Shown here in pieces: positions 16,527 through 28,241 of a stretch of DNA of 34,320 bases (its first letter is position 1; every line of letters starts with the position of its first letter). The DNA comes from Nemertoderma westbladi (taxonomy: Eukaryota; Animalia; Xenacoelomorpha), in NCBI GenBank assembly GCA_032718475.1, contig JAUCBJ010000762.1, positions 1 to 34,320 of the forward strand, read 5' to 3'. A program made the translations under genes and the position numbers. The notes below the pieces were generated by a model. That model had not been told where the DNA came from and made no database searches. It worked only from the letters and a program-made list of their open reading frames with translations.

Positions 16527-18875
16527 GTGGTTCACATAAAGAACCTGAAGAACGAAATCACAAAGAAGATCCAACTGCCCGGTGACGGTCAGCCCGACGA
16601 TATATTCTACGCCGGTACCGGAATGTTGTTAGTAAAGAGTGCCGACATTCTAACGCTATTCGATGTCCAGCAACGCCGCTCGATGGCGCAAGTGAAGCAG
16701 AGCAAAGTGAAGTACGTCGTCTGGTCTGGGGACCTGTCGCACGTCGCCTTGCTTGCCAAACATACGATAAACATATGTAACCGGAAGATGGAGTCCTTGT
16801 GCACGGTGTCGGAGAGTGTTAGAGTGAAATCCGGTGTGTGGGACGATTCCGGGGTCTTTATCTACACGACCGTCAACCATATCAAGTACGTTATGGTTAA
16901 CGGCGACAGCGGCATTATCCGCACTATCGATCTCCCGATCTACGTGACCCGTATCAAAGGGAACAGCGTCTACTGTTTGGACCGCGAGTGCCGTCCGCGG
17001 GTGCTGGAGATCGATCCCACGGAGTTCAAGTTCAAACTCGCCTTGGTGCAGCGGAAGTACGACGAGGTGCTGCACATGGTGCGGAACGCGTCGCTTGTAG
17101 GTCAGTCGATCATCGCCTACCTACAGCAGAAGGGTTACCCCGAGGTCGCCCTGCATTTCGTCAAGGACGAGAAGACGCAGTTCGCCTTGGCCTTGGAGTG
17201 CGGGAACGTTGAGGTTGGACTGGAAGCCGCGAGGAGTCTCGATGATAAATCCTGCTGGGAGCGACTCGGCGAGATGGCGCTGCTACAGGGGAACCACCAG
17301 ATACTAGAGATGGCCTACCAGAGAACCAAGAACTTTGACAAACTCGCCTTCCTTTATCTTATAACCGGCAATTCTGAGAAGTTAAAGAAGATGATGAAGA
17401 TATCGGAAATTCGCAAGGATTTGTGTTCCAACTTCCAGATCGCCTTGTTTCTCGGCGATGTAGAGGAGAGGATTAAAGTTCTTTCGACATGTCATCAGAA
17501 GTCGTTGGCGTATTTAACGGCGGCGGCGTTTGGTTTCCCTACCGAGGGGTTGGAAGCGACGACGGTTCCGGTAGCCGATCCCGTCGCCGCCTCCCTCGGG
17601 TCTCCGCCGTTACCGGTGGCTCAATGCGAGACCAACTGGCCGCTACTCACCGTGTCTAAGGGGCTGTTCGATGGGAAGCGCGACCCCGTAGCTAAGGTTG
17701 GTGGGGTTGCCGCGGCGATGGAGGTCGATGTCGGCGGGGTTGGAGGTGCTTGGGATGACGACGAGGTTGTCCTGGACGAGGATGGCGAGATCGTTGTGGA
17801 TCCCAATGACTTCGAGGACGCTGTCGAGGCGGGTTCCGGTTGGGATGTGGACGTCGATGATCTCGACTTACCGGCGGACCTCGACGGCTCGGGACCGGCG
17901 GACGGAGACGCATTGGTTGTGGTCCCGACTCGGGGGGCCAACCCCGCTAACAGCTGGTCCAACTCCTCACAACTAGCCGTCGATCACGTTCTCGCGGGAT
18001 CCTTCACCACGGCTCTTCGACTACTCCACGACCAGATCGGTGTAGTCGATTTCACGCTCTACAAGGACCTGTTCGCCCGCACTTACAGCCGATCCCGCGT
18101 CGCCTTCACCGGGCTCCCGTTGTGTCCACCGCTTCTCGGATACCCCCACCGCAACTGGAAGGATACGACTGCCACTAAGAACTTACTCCCCGCGGTGGGG
18201 TTGAAGCTCTCCAACCTGGTCGACTCGCTCCAGGCCGCCTACCAGTCGACCACCACGGGCCGGTTCGCCGACGCTGTCGATCGATTCCGGGAGATTCTCC
18301 TCTCGGTCCCGCTGCTTGTTGTCGGGACCAACCAGGAGGTACGCGAGGCCCAACAGCTGGTAGAGATATGTCGCGAGTATATCGTAGGCCTATCCATGGA
18401 GATGTTGCGTAAAGAGTTGCCCAAAACGAGTCTACCGGAACAGAAGCGATGCTGCGAGATGGCGGCCTTGTTTACGCACTGCAACCTGCAGCCTGTTCAT
18501 CAATTACTAACCCTCCGCTCAGCCACGATGCTCTTCTTCAAGTTAAAGAATCTCAAGACAGCTTCGAGTTTTGCGCGTCGCTATCTCGAGTTAGGTCCGA
18601 AGCCGGAAGCAGCAACGCAAATCCGCAAGATCCTGCAGGCGTGCGAACGGAGCCCAGTGGACGCGCACCAGTTAGAGTACGATCAACACAACCCCTTCGA
18701 TATCTGCGCTGCCTCCTACCGCCCTGTATATCACGGTAAAGCAGTGGTTCGTTGTCCCTTCTCCGGGGCTTCTTACTTCCCTGAGTTTAAGGGGCAACTG
18801 TGTCGTGTCAGTCAGTGCACGGAGATCGGGAAGGATTGCCTCGGTCTGCGGATCAGTTCCGTTCAGTTCCGGTAA
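16527..18875 (+). CDS. COPA: Coatomer subunit alpha, exon 2 (second propeller, solenoid, acidic linker, C-terminal domain)
   Basis: Polypyrimidine tract and CCCCAG acceptor ending 16526. [45 protein letters not shown] and terminal [10 protein letters not shown]. Confidence 0.98.
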   Translation: MVHIKNLKNEITKKIQLPGDGQPDDIFYAGTGMLLVKSADILTLFDVQQRRSMAQVKQSKVKYVVWSGDLSHVALLAKHTINICNRKMESLCTVSESVRVKSGVWDDSGVFIYTTVNHIKYVMVNGDSGIIRTIDLPIYVTRIKGNSVYCLDRECRPRVLEIDPTEFKFKLALVQRKYDEVLHMVRNASLVGQSIIAYLQQKGYPEVALHFVKDEKTQFALALECGNVEVGLEAARSLDDKSCWERLGEMALLQGNHQILEMAYQRTKNFDKLAFLYLITGNSEKLKKMMKISEIRKDLCSNFQIALFLGDVEERIKVLSTCHQKSLAYLTAAAFGFPTEGLEATTVPVADPVAASLGSPPLPVAQCETNWPLLTVSKGLFDGKRDPVAKVGGVAAAMEVDVGGVGGAWDDDEVVLDEDGEIVVDPNDFEDAVEAGSGWDVDVDDLDLPADLDGSGPADGDALVVVPTRGANPANSWSNSSQLAVDHVLAGSFTTALRLLHDQIGVVDFTLYKDLFARTYSRSRVAFTGLPLCPPLLGYPHRNWKDTTATKNLLPAVGLKLSNLVDSLQAAYQSTTTGRFADAVDRFREILLSVPLLVVGTNQEVREAQQLVEICREYIVGLSMEMLRKELPKTSLPEQKRCCEMAALFTHCNLQPVHQLLTLRSATMLFFKLKNLKTASSFARRYLELGPKPEAATQIRKILQACERSPVDAHQLEYDQHNPFDICAASYRPVYHGKAVVRCPFSGASYFPEFKGQLCRVSQCTEIGKDCLGLRISSVQFR

Positions 18876-19284
18876 ACTTATCTCGCAATCAACTTTAGGT
18901 TTAACGACTTGTTTTACATTAATTTCGATAACTTTATCTGGGTGGTTTGGATTATTTTTGTTCGGGATATGAAATTGTGACTCGAATCGGGTAGTTTTAA
19001 TTAAGTAGTATTTATATATTTAACCATCTTTAAATTAACTTACATGGCTGAAAGTTATTCTTTAATACATTTTCCTTCACATTTTCCGGATAGGTCAAAT
19101 TTTATCAGTAAAATTAACTTATAACGTTTCGTTGTTGTTGTTGAAGTATGTCAGGAGCTACAACATCTGTCATACTATTAGTATGCTACACGGTTCTAGA
19201 GAGTTCAGCTCATTTAAATTGTATTTTTTTTAGCAGTTCCAGTACTGAATATTAAATATTTCGCCGATAGAATTAATTGAGTCC

Positions 19285-19298
19285 ATTAAATAAATAAA
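19285..19298 (+). terminator. Candidate COPA poly(A) signal cluster
   Basis: Overlapping ATTAAA/AATAAA/AATAAA ~410 bp after the stop, followed by a GT-rich tract (TGCTTGTTTGTTT ~19328-19340). Confidence 0.55.
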
Positions 19299-19848
19299 TA
19301 TATTGCGTTTTATTTATACTGAACGATTGCTTGTTTGTTTAAGCGCGTTTAACGTGTTTAACATAATTCATAATATTTATAACTCTAGTTTGTTCGATCT
19401 TGGAAACTGTGGCTATTTCGCTATTCTTTGACCAACAACTGAAACCAGTACTTATTATATTATATTATTTGTAATAAATCCAAACCTGGTGGTTAAATGG
19501 TTACTGACGTTATTTATTGAAATTGTTGTTTATAATTTTGTCTTTGTGCTTTGATATTCATTACCGGTACGTGGAAATATAAGATTCTGAACAGAACCGC
19601 AACATAAAGCGGAACGGACTCTTTGGAAAACAATTGGTTAGTTCTAATTGCATAGAATAGAAGGGTGGGTGGACTTTTACATTACTTTGGGAAATTGGTT
19701 ACGTAATGAGACCATTTGTTAAAAAATAGATTGAGAAACTCCTTTGCTGAAGGTGTTAAAGTCAATCAGCATCATAACCAACTGGAATCCATTCAATCTT
19801 TGAACCTTCTTGATGTGGTAAATAAATGATTCCAAGTATCGGAAGTCA

Positions 19849-22800
19849 TCCCAAGTACCGGAGCTGTACTACCTCCCAAGTACCGGAGCCGTACTATTCC
19901 CCAAGTACCGGAGCCGTACTACCTCCCAAGTACCGGAGCCGCACTACCTCCCAAGTACCGGAGCCGCAGTACCTCCCAAGTACCGGAGCCGCACTACCTC
20001 CCAAGTACCGGAGCCGCACTACCTCCCAAGTACCGAAGCCGCACTACCTCCCAAGTACCGGAGCCGCAGTACCTCCCAAGTACCGGAGCCGCACTACCTC
20101 CCAAGTACCGGAGCCGCACTACCTCCCAAGTACCGAAGCCGCACTACCTCCCAAGTACCGAAGCCGCACTACCTCCCAAGTACCGGAGCTGCACTACCTC
20201 CCAAGTACCAAAGCCGCACTACCTCCCAAGTACCGGAGCCGCACTACCTCCCAAGTAGCGGAGCCGTACTACCCCCCAAGTACCGGAGCCGTACTACCTC
20301 CCAAGTACCGGAGCCGCACTACCTCCCAAGTACCGGAGCCGCAGTACCTCCCAAGTACCGGAGCCGCACTACCTCCCAAGTACCGGAGCCGCACTACCTC
20401 CCAAGTACCGAAGCCGCACTACCTCCCAAGTAGCGGAGACATACTTCCTCCCAAGTACTGGAGCTGTACTACCTCCCAAGTACCGGAGCCGTACTACCTC
20501 CCAAGTACCGAAGCCGCACTACCTCCCAAGTAGCGGAGACATACTTCCTCCCAAGTACAGGAGTCGCACTACCTCCCAAGTACCGGAGCCGCACTACCTC
20601 TCAAGTAGCGGAGACATACTTCCTCCCAAGTACAGGAGTCGCACTACCTCCCAAGTACTGGAGCCGCACTACCTCCCAAGTACCGAAGCCGCACTACCTC
20701 CCAAGTAGCGGAGACATACTTCCTCCCAAGTACTGGAGCTGCACTACCTCCCAAGTACCGGAGCCGTACTACCTCCCAAGTACCGAAGCCGCACTACCTC
20801 CCAAGTACCGAAGCCGCACTACCTCCCAAGTACCGGAGCCGCACTACCTCCCAAGTACCGGAGCCGCAGTACCTCCCAAGTACCGGAGCCGCACTACCTC
20901 CCAAGTACCGGAGCCGCACTACCTCCCAAGTACCGAAGCCGCACTACCTCCCAAGTACCGGAGCCGTACTACCCCCCAAGTACCGGAGCCGTACTACCTC
21001 CCAAGTACCGGAGCCGCACTACCTCCCAAGTACCGGAGCCGCAGTACCTCCCAAGTACCGGAGCCGCACTACCTCCCAAGTACCGGAGCCGCACTACCTC
21101 CCAAGTACCGAAGCCGCACTACCTCCCAAGTAGCGGAGACATACTTCCTCCCAAGTACTGGAGCTGCACTACCTCCCAAGTACCGGAGCCGTACTACCTC
21201 CCAAGTACCGAAGCCGCACTACCTCCCAAGTAGCGGAGACATACTTCCTCCCAAGTACAGGAGTCGCACTACCTCCCAAGTACTGGAGCCGCACTACCTC
21301 CCAAGTACCGGAGCCGCACTACCTCCCAAGTACCGAAGCCGCACTACCTCCCAAGTAGCGGAGACATACTTCCTCCAAAGTACAGGAGTCGCACTACCTC
21401 CCAAGTACCGGAGCCGCACTACCTCCCAAGTACCGGAGCTGCACTACCTCCCAAGTACTGGAGCCGTACTACCTCCCAAGTACTGGAGCCGTACTACCTC
21501 CCAAGTACCGGAGCTGCACTACCTCCCAAGTACCAGAGCCGCACTACCTCCCAAGTACCGGAGCTGCACTACCTCCCAAGTACCGGAGTCGCACTACCTC
21601 CCAAGTACCGGAGTCGCACTACCTCCCAAGTACCGGAGCCATACTACCTCCCAAGGACCGGAGCCGCACTACCTCCCAAGTACCGGAGCTGCACTACCTC
21701 CCAAGTACCGGAGTCGCACTACCTCCAAAGTACCAGAGCCGTACTTCCTCCCAAGTACCGGAGCTGCACTACTTACCAAGTACTGGAGCTGCACTACCTC
21801 CCAAGTACCGGAGCTGCACTACCTCCCAAGTACCAGAGCCGCACTAACTCCCAAGTACCAGAGCTGCACTACCTACCAAGTACTGGAGCTGCACTACCTC
21901 TCAAGTACCGGAGCTGCACTACCTCCCAAGTACCGGAGCTGCACTACCTCCCAAGTACTGGAGCTGCACTACCTCCCAAGTACCGGAGCTGCACTACCTC
22001 CCAAGTACTGGAGCCGTACTACCTCCCAAGTACTGGAGCCGTACTATCTCCCAAGTACCGGAGCTGCACTACCTCCCAAGTACCAGAGCCGCACTACCTC
22101 CCAAGTACCGGAGCTGCACTACCTCCCAAGTACCGGAGTCGCACTACCTCCCAAGTACCGGAGTCGCACTACCTCCCAAGTACCGGAGCCATACTACCTC
22201 CCAAGGACCGGAGCCGCACTACCTCCCAAGTACCGGAGCTGCACTACCTCCCAAGTACCGGAGTCGCACTACCTCCCAAGTACCGGAGCCGCACTACCTC
22301 CCAAGTACTGGAGCTGCACTACCTCCCAAGTGCTAGAGCCGCACTACCTCCCAAGTACCGGAGCCGCACTACCTCCCAAGTACTGGAGCTGCACTACCTC
22401 CCAAGTGCTAGAGCCGCACTACCTCCCAAGTACCGGAGCCGCACTACCTCCCAAGTACCGGAGCCGCACTACCTCCCAAGTACTGGAGCTGCACTACCTC
22501 CCAAGTGCTAGAGCCGCACTACCTCCCAAGTACCGGAGCCGCACTACCTCCCAAGTACTGGAGCTGCACTACCTCCCAAGTACTGGAGCTGCACTACCTC
22601 CCAAGTGCTAGAGCCGCACTACCTCCCAAGTACCGGAGCCGCACTACCTCCCAAGTACTGGAGCTGCACTACCTCCCAAGTGCTAGAGCCGCACTACCTC
22701 CCAAGTACCGGAGCCGCACTACCTCCCAAGTACTGGAGCTGCACTACCTCCCAAGTGCTAGAGCCGCACTACCTCCCAAGTACCGGAGCCGCACTACCTC

Positions 22801-25585
22801 CCAAGTACCAGAGCCGCACTACCTCCCAAGTACTGAAGCTGCACTACCTCCCAAGTACCGAAGCCGCACTACCTCCCAAGTACCGGAGCCGCACTACCTC
22901 CCAAGTAGCGGAGCCGTACTACCCCCCAAGTACCGGAGCCGTACTACCTCCCAAGTACCGGAGCCGCACTACCTCCCAAGTACCGGAGCCGCAGTACCTC
23001 CCAAGTACCGGAGCCGCACTACCTCCCAAGTACCGGAGCCGCACTACCTCCCAAGTACCGGAGCCGCACTACCTCCCAAGTAGCGGAGCCGTACTACCCC
23101 CCAAGTACCGGAGCCGTACTACCTCCCAAGTACCGGAGCCGCACTACCTCCCAAGTACCGGAGCCGCAGTACCTCCCAAGTACCGGAGCCGCACTACCTC
23201 CCAAGTACCGGAGCCGCACTACCTCCCAAGTACCGGAGCCGCAGTACCTCCCAAGTACCGGAGCCGCACTACCTCCCAAGTACCGGAGCCGCACTACCTC
23301 CCAAGTACCGAAGCCGCACTACCTCCCAAGTAGCGGAGACATACTTCCTCCCAAGTACTGGAGCTGCACTACCTCCCAAGTACCGGAACCGTACTTCCTC
23401 CCAAGTACCAGAGCCGTACTACCTCCCAAGTACAGGAGTCGCACTACCTCCCAAGTACCAGAGCCGCACTACCTCCCAAGTACCGGAGCCGCACTACCTC
23501 CAAAGTACCAGAGCCGTACTCCCTCCCAAGTACCGGAGCCGCACTACCTCCCAAGTACCGGAGCTGCACTACCTCCCAAGTACCGGAGCTGCACTACTTA
23601 CCAAGTACTGGAGCTGCACTACCTCCCAAGTACCGGAGCTGCACTACCTCCCAAGTACCGGAGCCGTACTACCTCCCAATTACCAGAGCTGCTCTACCTC
23701 CCAAGTACCGGAGCTGCACTACCTCCCAAGTACCGGAGCCGTACTACCTCCCAATTACCAGAGCTGCTCTACCTCCCAAGTACCGGAGCTGCACTACCTC
23801 TCAAGTACCGGAGCTGCACTACCTCCCAAGTACCGGAGCCGCACTACCTCCCAAGTACCGGAGTCGCACTACCTCCCAAGTACCGGAGCCATACTACCTC
23901 CCAAGGACCGGAGCCGCACTACCTCCCAAGTACCGGAGCTGCACTACCTCCCAAGTACCGGAGTCGCACTACCTCCCAAGTACCGGAGCCGCACTACCTC
24001 CCAAGTACCAGAGCCGCACTACCTCCCAAGTACCGGAGCCGCACTACCTCCAAAGTACCAGAGCCGTACTCCCTCCCAAGTACCGGAGCCGCACTACCTC
24101 CCAAGTACCGGAGCTGCACTACCTCCCAAGTACCGGAGCTGCACTACTTACCAAGTACTGGAGCTGCACTACCTCCCAAGTACCAGAGCCGCACTACCTC
24201 CCAAGTACCGGAGCCGCACTACCTCCAAAGTACCAGAGCCGTACTCCCTCCCAAGTACCGGAGCTGCACTACCTCCCAAGTACTGGAGCCGTACTACCTC
24301 CCAATTACCAGAGCTGCTCTACCTCCCAAGTACCGGAGCTGCACTACCTCCCAAGTACCAGAGCCGCACTACCTCCCAAGTACCGGAGCCGCACTACCTC
24401 CAAAGTACCAGAGCCGTACTCCCTCCCAAGTACCGGAGCCGCACTACCTCCCAAGTACCGGAGCTGCACTACTTACCAAGTACTGGAGCTGCACTACCTC
24501 CCAAGTACCGGAGCTGCACTACCTCCCAAGTACCAGAGCTGCACTACCTCCCAAGTACCGGAGCTGCACTACCTCCCAAGTACCAGAGCCGCACTAACTC
24601 CCAAGTACCAGAGCTGCACTACCTACCAAGTACTGGAGCTGCACTACCTCTCAAGTACCGGAGCTGCACTACCTCCCAAGTACCGGAGCCGCACTACCTC
24701 CCAAGTACTGGAGCTGCACTACCTCCCAAGTACCGGAGCTGCACTACCTCCCAAGTACCGGAGCCGTACTACCTCCCAATTACCAGAGCTGCTCTACCTC
24801 CCAAGTACCGGAGCTGCACTACCTCCCAAGTACCGGAGCCGTACTACCTCCCAATTACCAGAGCTGCTCTACCTCCCAAGTACCGGAGCTGCACTACCTC
24901 TCAAGTACCGGAGCTGCACTACCTCCCAAGTACCGGAGTCGCACTACCTCCCAAGTACCGGAGTCGCACTACCTCCCAAGTACCGGAGCCATACTACCTC
25001 CCAAGGACCGGAGCCGCACTACCTCCCAAGTACCGGAGCTGCACTACCTCCCAAGTACCGGAGTCGCACTACCTCCCAAGTACCGGAGCCGCACTACCTC
25101 CCAAGTACCGGAGCTGCACTACCTCCCAAGTACCAGAGCCGCACTACCTCCCAAGTACCGGAGCTGCACTACCTCCCAAGTACCGGAGCCACACTAGCTC
25201 ACAAGTACTGGAGCTGCACTACCTCCCAAGTGCTAGAGCCGCACTACCTCCCAAGTACCGGAGCCGCACTACCTCCCAAGTACTGGAGCTGCACTACCTC
25301 CCAAGTACCGGAGCTGCACTACCTCCCAAGTACCGGAGCCGCACTACCTCCCAAGTACCGGAGTCGCACTACCTCCCAAGTACCGGAGCCATACTACCTC
25401 CCAAGGACCGGAGCCGCACTACCTCCCAAGTACCGGAGCTGCACTACCTCCCAAGTACCGGAGTCGCACTACCTCCCAAGTACCGGAGCCGCACTACCTC
25501 CCAAGTACCAGAGCCGTACTACCTCCCAAGTACCGGAGCTGCACTACTTACCAAGCACTGGAGCTGCAGCCCCCCCTCCCCAAGT
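19849..25585. repeat. Minisatellite, 25-bp unit CCAAGTACCGGAGCCGCACTACCTC, ~229 copies, with higher-order variant blocks
   Basis: Unit starts stay in register from 19851 to 25551 (228 x 25 bp). Degenerate units at both ends (~19831 and ~25560-25585). Confidence 0.99.
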
Positions 25586-26445
25586 CTCTTGTTTTCTATT
25601 ATCGATTAGTTCTCTTCTGTTGGTAAAGATATGGGTACGGGGTTTCGGGAAACTTCTTTCCATCCCCCCTTTGCGCTTCCAAACCTTTAGTGCAAACACA
25701 AAGATAAAGTCGCATCGCTACTCTTATTAGCTAAAGACTACGCTAGCGAGTGCAAGAAGGAAACATATTTTCTTGAACTCAACGTAATAATAGAAAGGCG
25801 AACGAAGGGAGCTGTAAATTTCTCAAATTGTTGTTGAAATTGCTAATTTTGCTGAATTTTCTGACAAGTGTAATTTTCTTGTGCATAAGTGTTGTTTCTT
25901 CGATTGATATGGTATCTTCTGCATCTGCAGTGATAGACCAGCAGGGACTGCATAACAGCATAGGCTCTACTGCTTCCCTGAATAAATTTACCTTCATGAA
26001 AGTGTTACTCCAGCTGATTTCCATGGCCCTTTATAATTTATTGAACTCCGGAATAAATTTGGGTTTTGCATGAAAATAAAAATAACCATCTCCTTATATG
26101 AAATACGTATAATTGACTTCACTGGCTGACTTTTATACATTATAAATATCTCATCACGGGATTGCCATGTAATAAGTAGTTATTGTTTTGATATACAAGG
26201 CAATTCTCGGAGCGCAGATTCGGGACCTCTTTGTTGGACAGACATTGACTGTGTTTATTAGTTAAACTTACAAGTTTATTAGTATGATGGATATTTCGGC
26301 ATTTCTGCCGTGTGAAAAGACAAAAATATCATTTCGAGTAAAACTAAAATTGCTGTTTGCCTTCAGATTGTGATGATGTTCGTAAATTAGTAATATTTTA
26401 TAACCCTACGTAATTTGGGGGTGGGAAATATTTCTACGTTATATA

Positions 26446-26951
26446 CGGAGCCCTAAGAGGACATGAAATCATCGTTTTTTTTACTAATATAAATATATAT
26501 TAAGTTAGAAGACACATGCCGCTAACTCAATATATTGAGTTAGCGAGCACGTGTCTTCTAACTCAATATATTGAGTTAGCGGACATGTGTCTTCTAACTT
26601 AATATATTGAGTTTGCGGGCATGTCTTCTAACTCAATATATTGAGTTTGCGGGCATGTCTTCTAACTCAAAATATATTGAGTTAGCGGACATGTGTCTTC
26701 TAACTTAATATATTGAGTTAGCGAGCATGTGTCTTCTAACTCAAAATATATTGAGTTAGCGGACATGTGTCTTCTAACTTAATATATTGAGTTAGCGAGC
26801 ATGTGTCTTCTAACTCAATATATTGAGTTAGCGGACGTGTCTTCTAACTTAATATATTGAGTTAGCGGACATGTGTCTTCTAACTCGATATATTGAGTTA
26901 GCGGACATCTATAAGAAAAACCGAGGATTTCATGTCCTCTTAGGGGCTCTG
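26446..26951. mobile_element. MITE with ~35-bp TIRs, TA on both flanks and an internal array of 11 palindromic 34-38-bp units
   Basis: Left CGGAGCCC-TAAGAGGACATGAAATC versus right (reverse complement) CAGAGCCCCTAAGAGGACATGAAATC. TA at 26444-26445 and 26952-26953. Unit core CTAACTCAATATATTGAGTTAG. Superfamily not assigned. Confidence 0.88.
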
Positions 26952-26961
26952 TATTATTATT

Positions 26962-27429
26962 TTACACTTTCCATAAAATTTCCCGAAAATACCTCTTCTG
27001 CATGGCACTGTTGCCCCGCTTTAACCTATTAATCTTTAGTTCCAGTTGGCGAATCTCTTTCAATCGCTGCATACAATTCTTCCTCCTACGCAACCTCCCG
27101 GTAATATGTATTAATATGAGGTTCCTCTCCTTTATTCTTTTTATTGTGACTGTTGCGTGTGCTCGGGCGCGGCACCGTCTTTCCTGACGTTTCATTGAAT
27201 CAATTTTTCTTTTCTCGGCTCTTTTCTTTGTCTGATCTCTTGTTAACACAGCTTGTAAATCTTTCTCCCTCTTAAGTCGTTTACGTTCTGCGTCTTTAAC
27301 CCTCAAAGTTTTCCTAACATCTTCATAGTTCTCACTTTGTTTTTGCTTCTCTCTAAACCGCTCAACTCTCTCACGATTGAGCCGCAGCAGCTTTTCCCTC
27401 TTCCCAGCTCCATTCTCAGTGTCCTTCAT
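26962..27429 (-). pseudogene. Highly basic coiled-coil ORF (155 aa), possibly the N-terminal part of a DNA-transposon protein
   Basis: K/R/E-rich (RERVERFREK, KDAERKRLKRE). Lies next to non-coding DNA with subterminal-type repeats. No catalytic domain seen. A possible donor (AAGAG|GTATTT) precedes the stop. Confidence 0.35.
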
Positions 27430-27813
27430 AATTAGTTATACATGTTATAGTGTCATTAAGTGAAGTAACTAGTAACTGAAGTAAATAAGTGTAGTTATTA
27501 CTTAACTATTATAGAGTATAACAATTACTTATATGATAAGACTACAATAAAAAAAAAGCAAACAGTTGGCCGAAGCCGGAGGTGACCCTAAGGTTCCTCC
27601 TTCCATAGCTGCAACCCGAAGGTTGGGGTTGGCGCTACTCCTATCCCACGATTTGATTGCAGATTTTTAACTGGTACTACAATAGTATCAGTTACCTAAT
27701 TATGTTGGGCTACTGCAGCATCTAATATACTTTCAGTCTTGCAGATTCAGTATTAGGTAAAATTATTCTGCTGTCAGGAGGCATTAGAGTTCTGTAGTCT
27801 GGATGATATATTT

Positions 27814-28241
27814 CCATTACAACCCGGACTGTCCGCCCCTGTAATGATCCCAGAGCCATACATTACCAGGGGCGGACACCATTACAGTGCTGGACACAGT
27901 GATTGATTATTGTCTGTAAATAATTTGCAGTGTGGCTAACCTACAAATTTCCACCCCCTGAAAGCGCTGAGAAATACGAATCTGGCAGTATCTTTACTAA
28001 CTCTTATCAGTAATTCTATCACTTTCAAATAGGCAATGTCTGACCATTACAGGGGCCTGACAAAGTGATTGTCACATATACCTTGGTCTACTTAGAAGAC
28101 GATTACTTGTACGGAAATTAATCAAATGCGATGAAATTTTAACATGGTCATCCTGAGAAAATTTCCTTTCAAATGAATATTAACTTTTAGGATTGCTCTT
28201 AAAAAGTTAACATGAAATGAGCACCATTACAGGGTCGGACA
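27814..28241. repeat. Cluster of ~17-bp motif CATTACAGGGGCGGACA in both orientations
   Basis: Variants at ~27814, ~27830 (inverted), ~27861, ~27879, ~28044 and ~28224. Confidence 0.75.

Noticed and set aside
14874-18739. Many overlapping and antisense ORFs within COPA
   Set aside because: Shadow ORFs expected from GC-rich coding sequence.
19849-25585. CRISPR array or bona fide annotated CDS
   Set aside because: Head-to-tail units without spacers. ORFs occur in all frames and are broken by variant stops.
26520-26910. CRISPR array
   Set aside because: Linkers are near-identical 12-14-mers rather than unique spacers. The array lies within TIRs, in a eukaryotic context with no cas genes.
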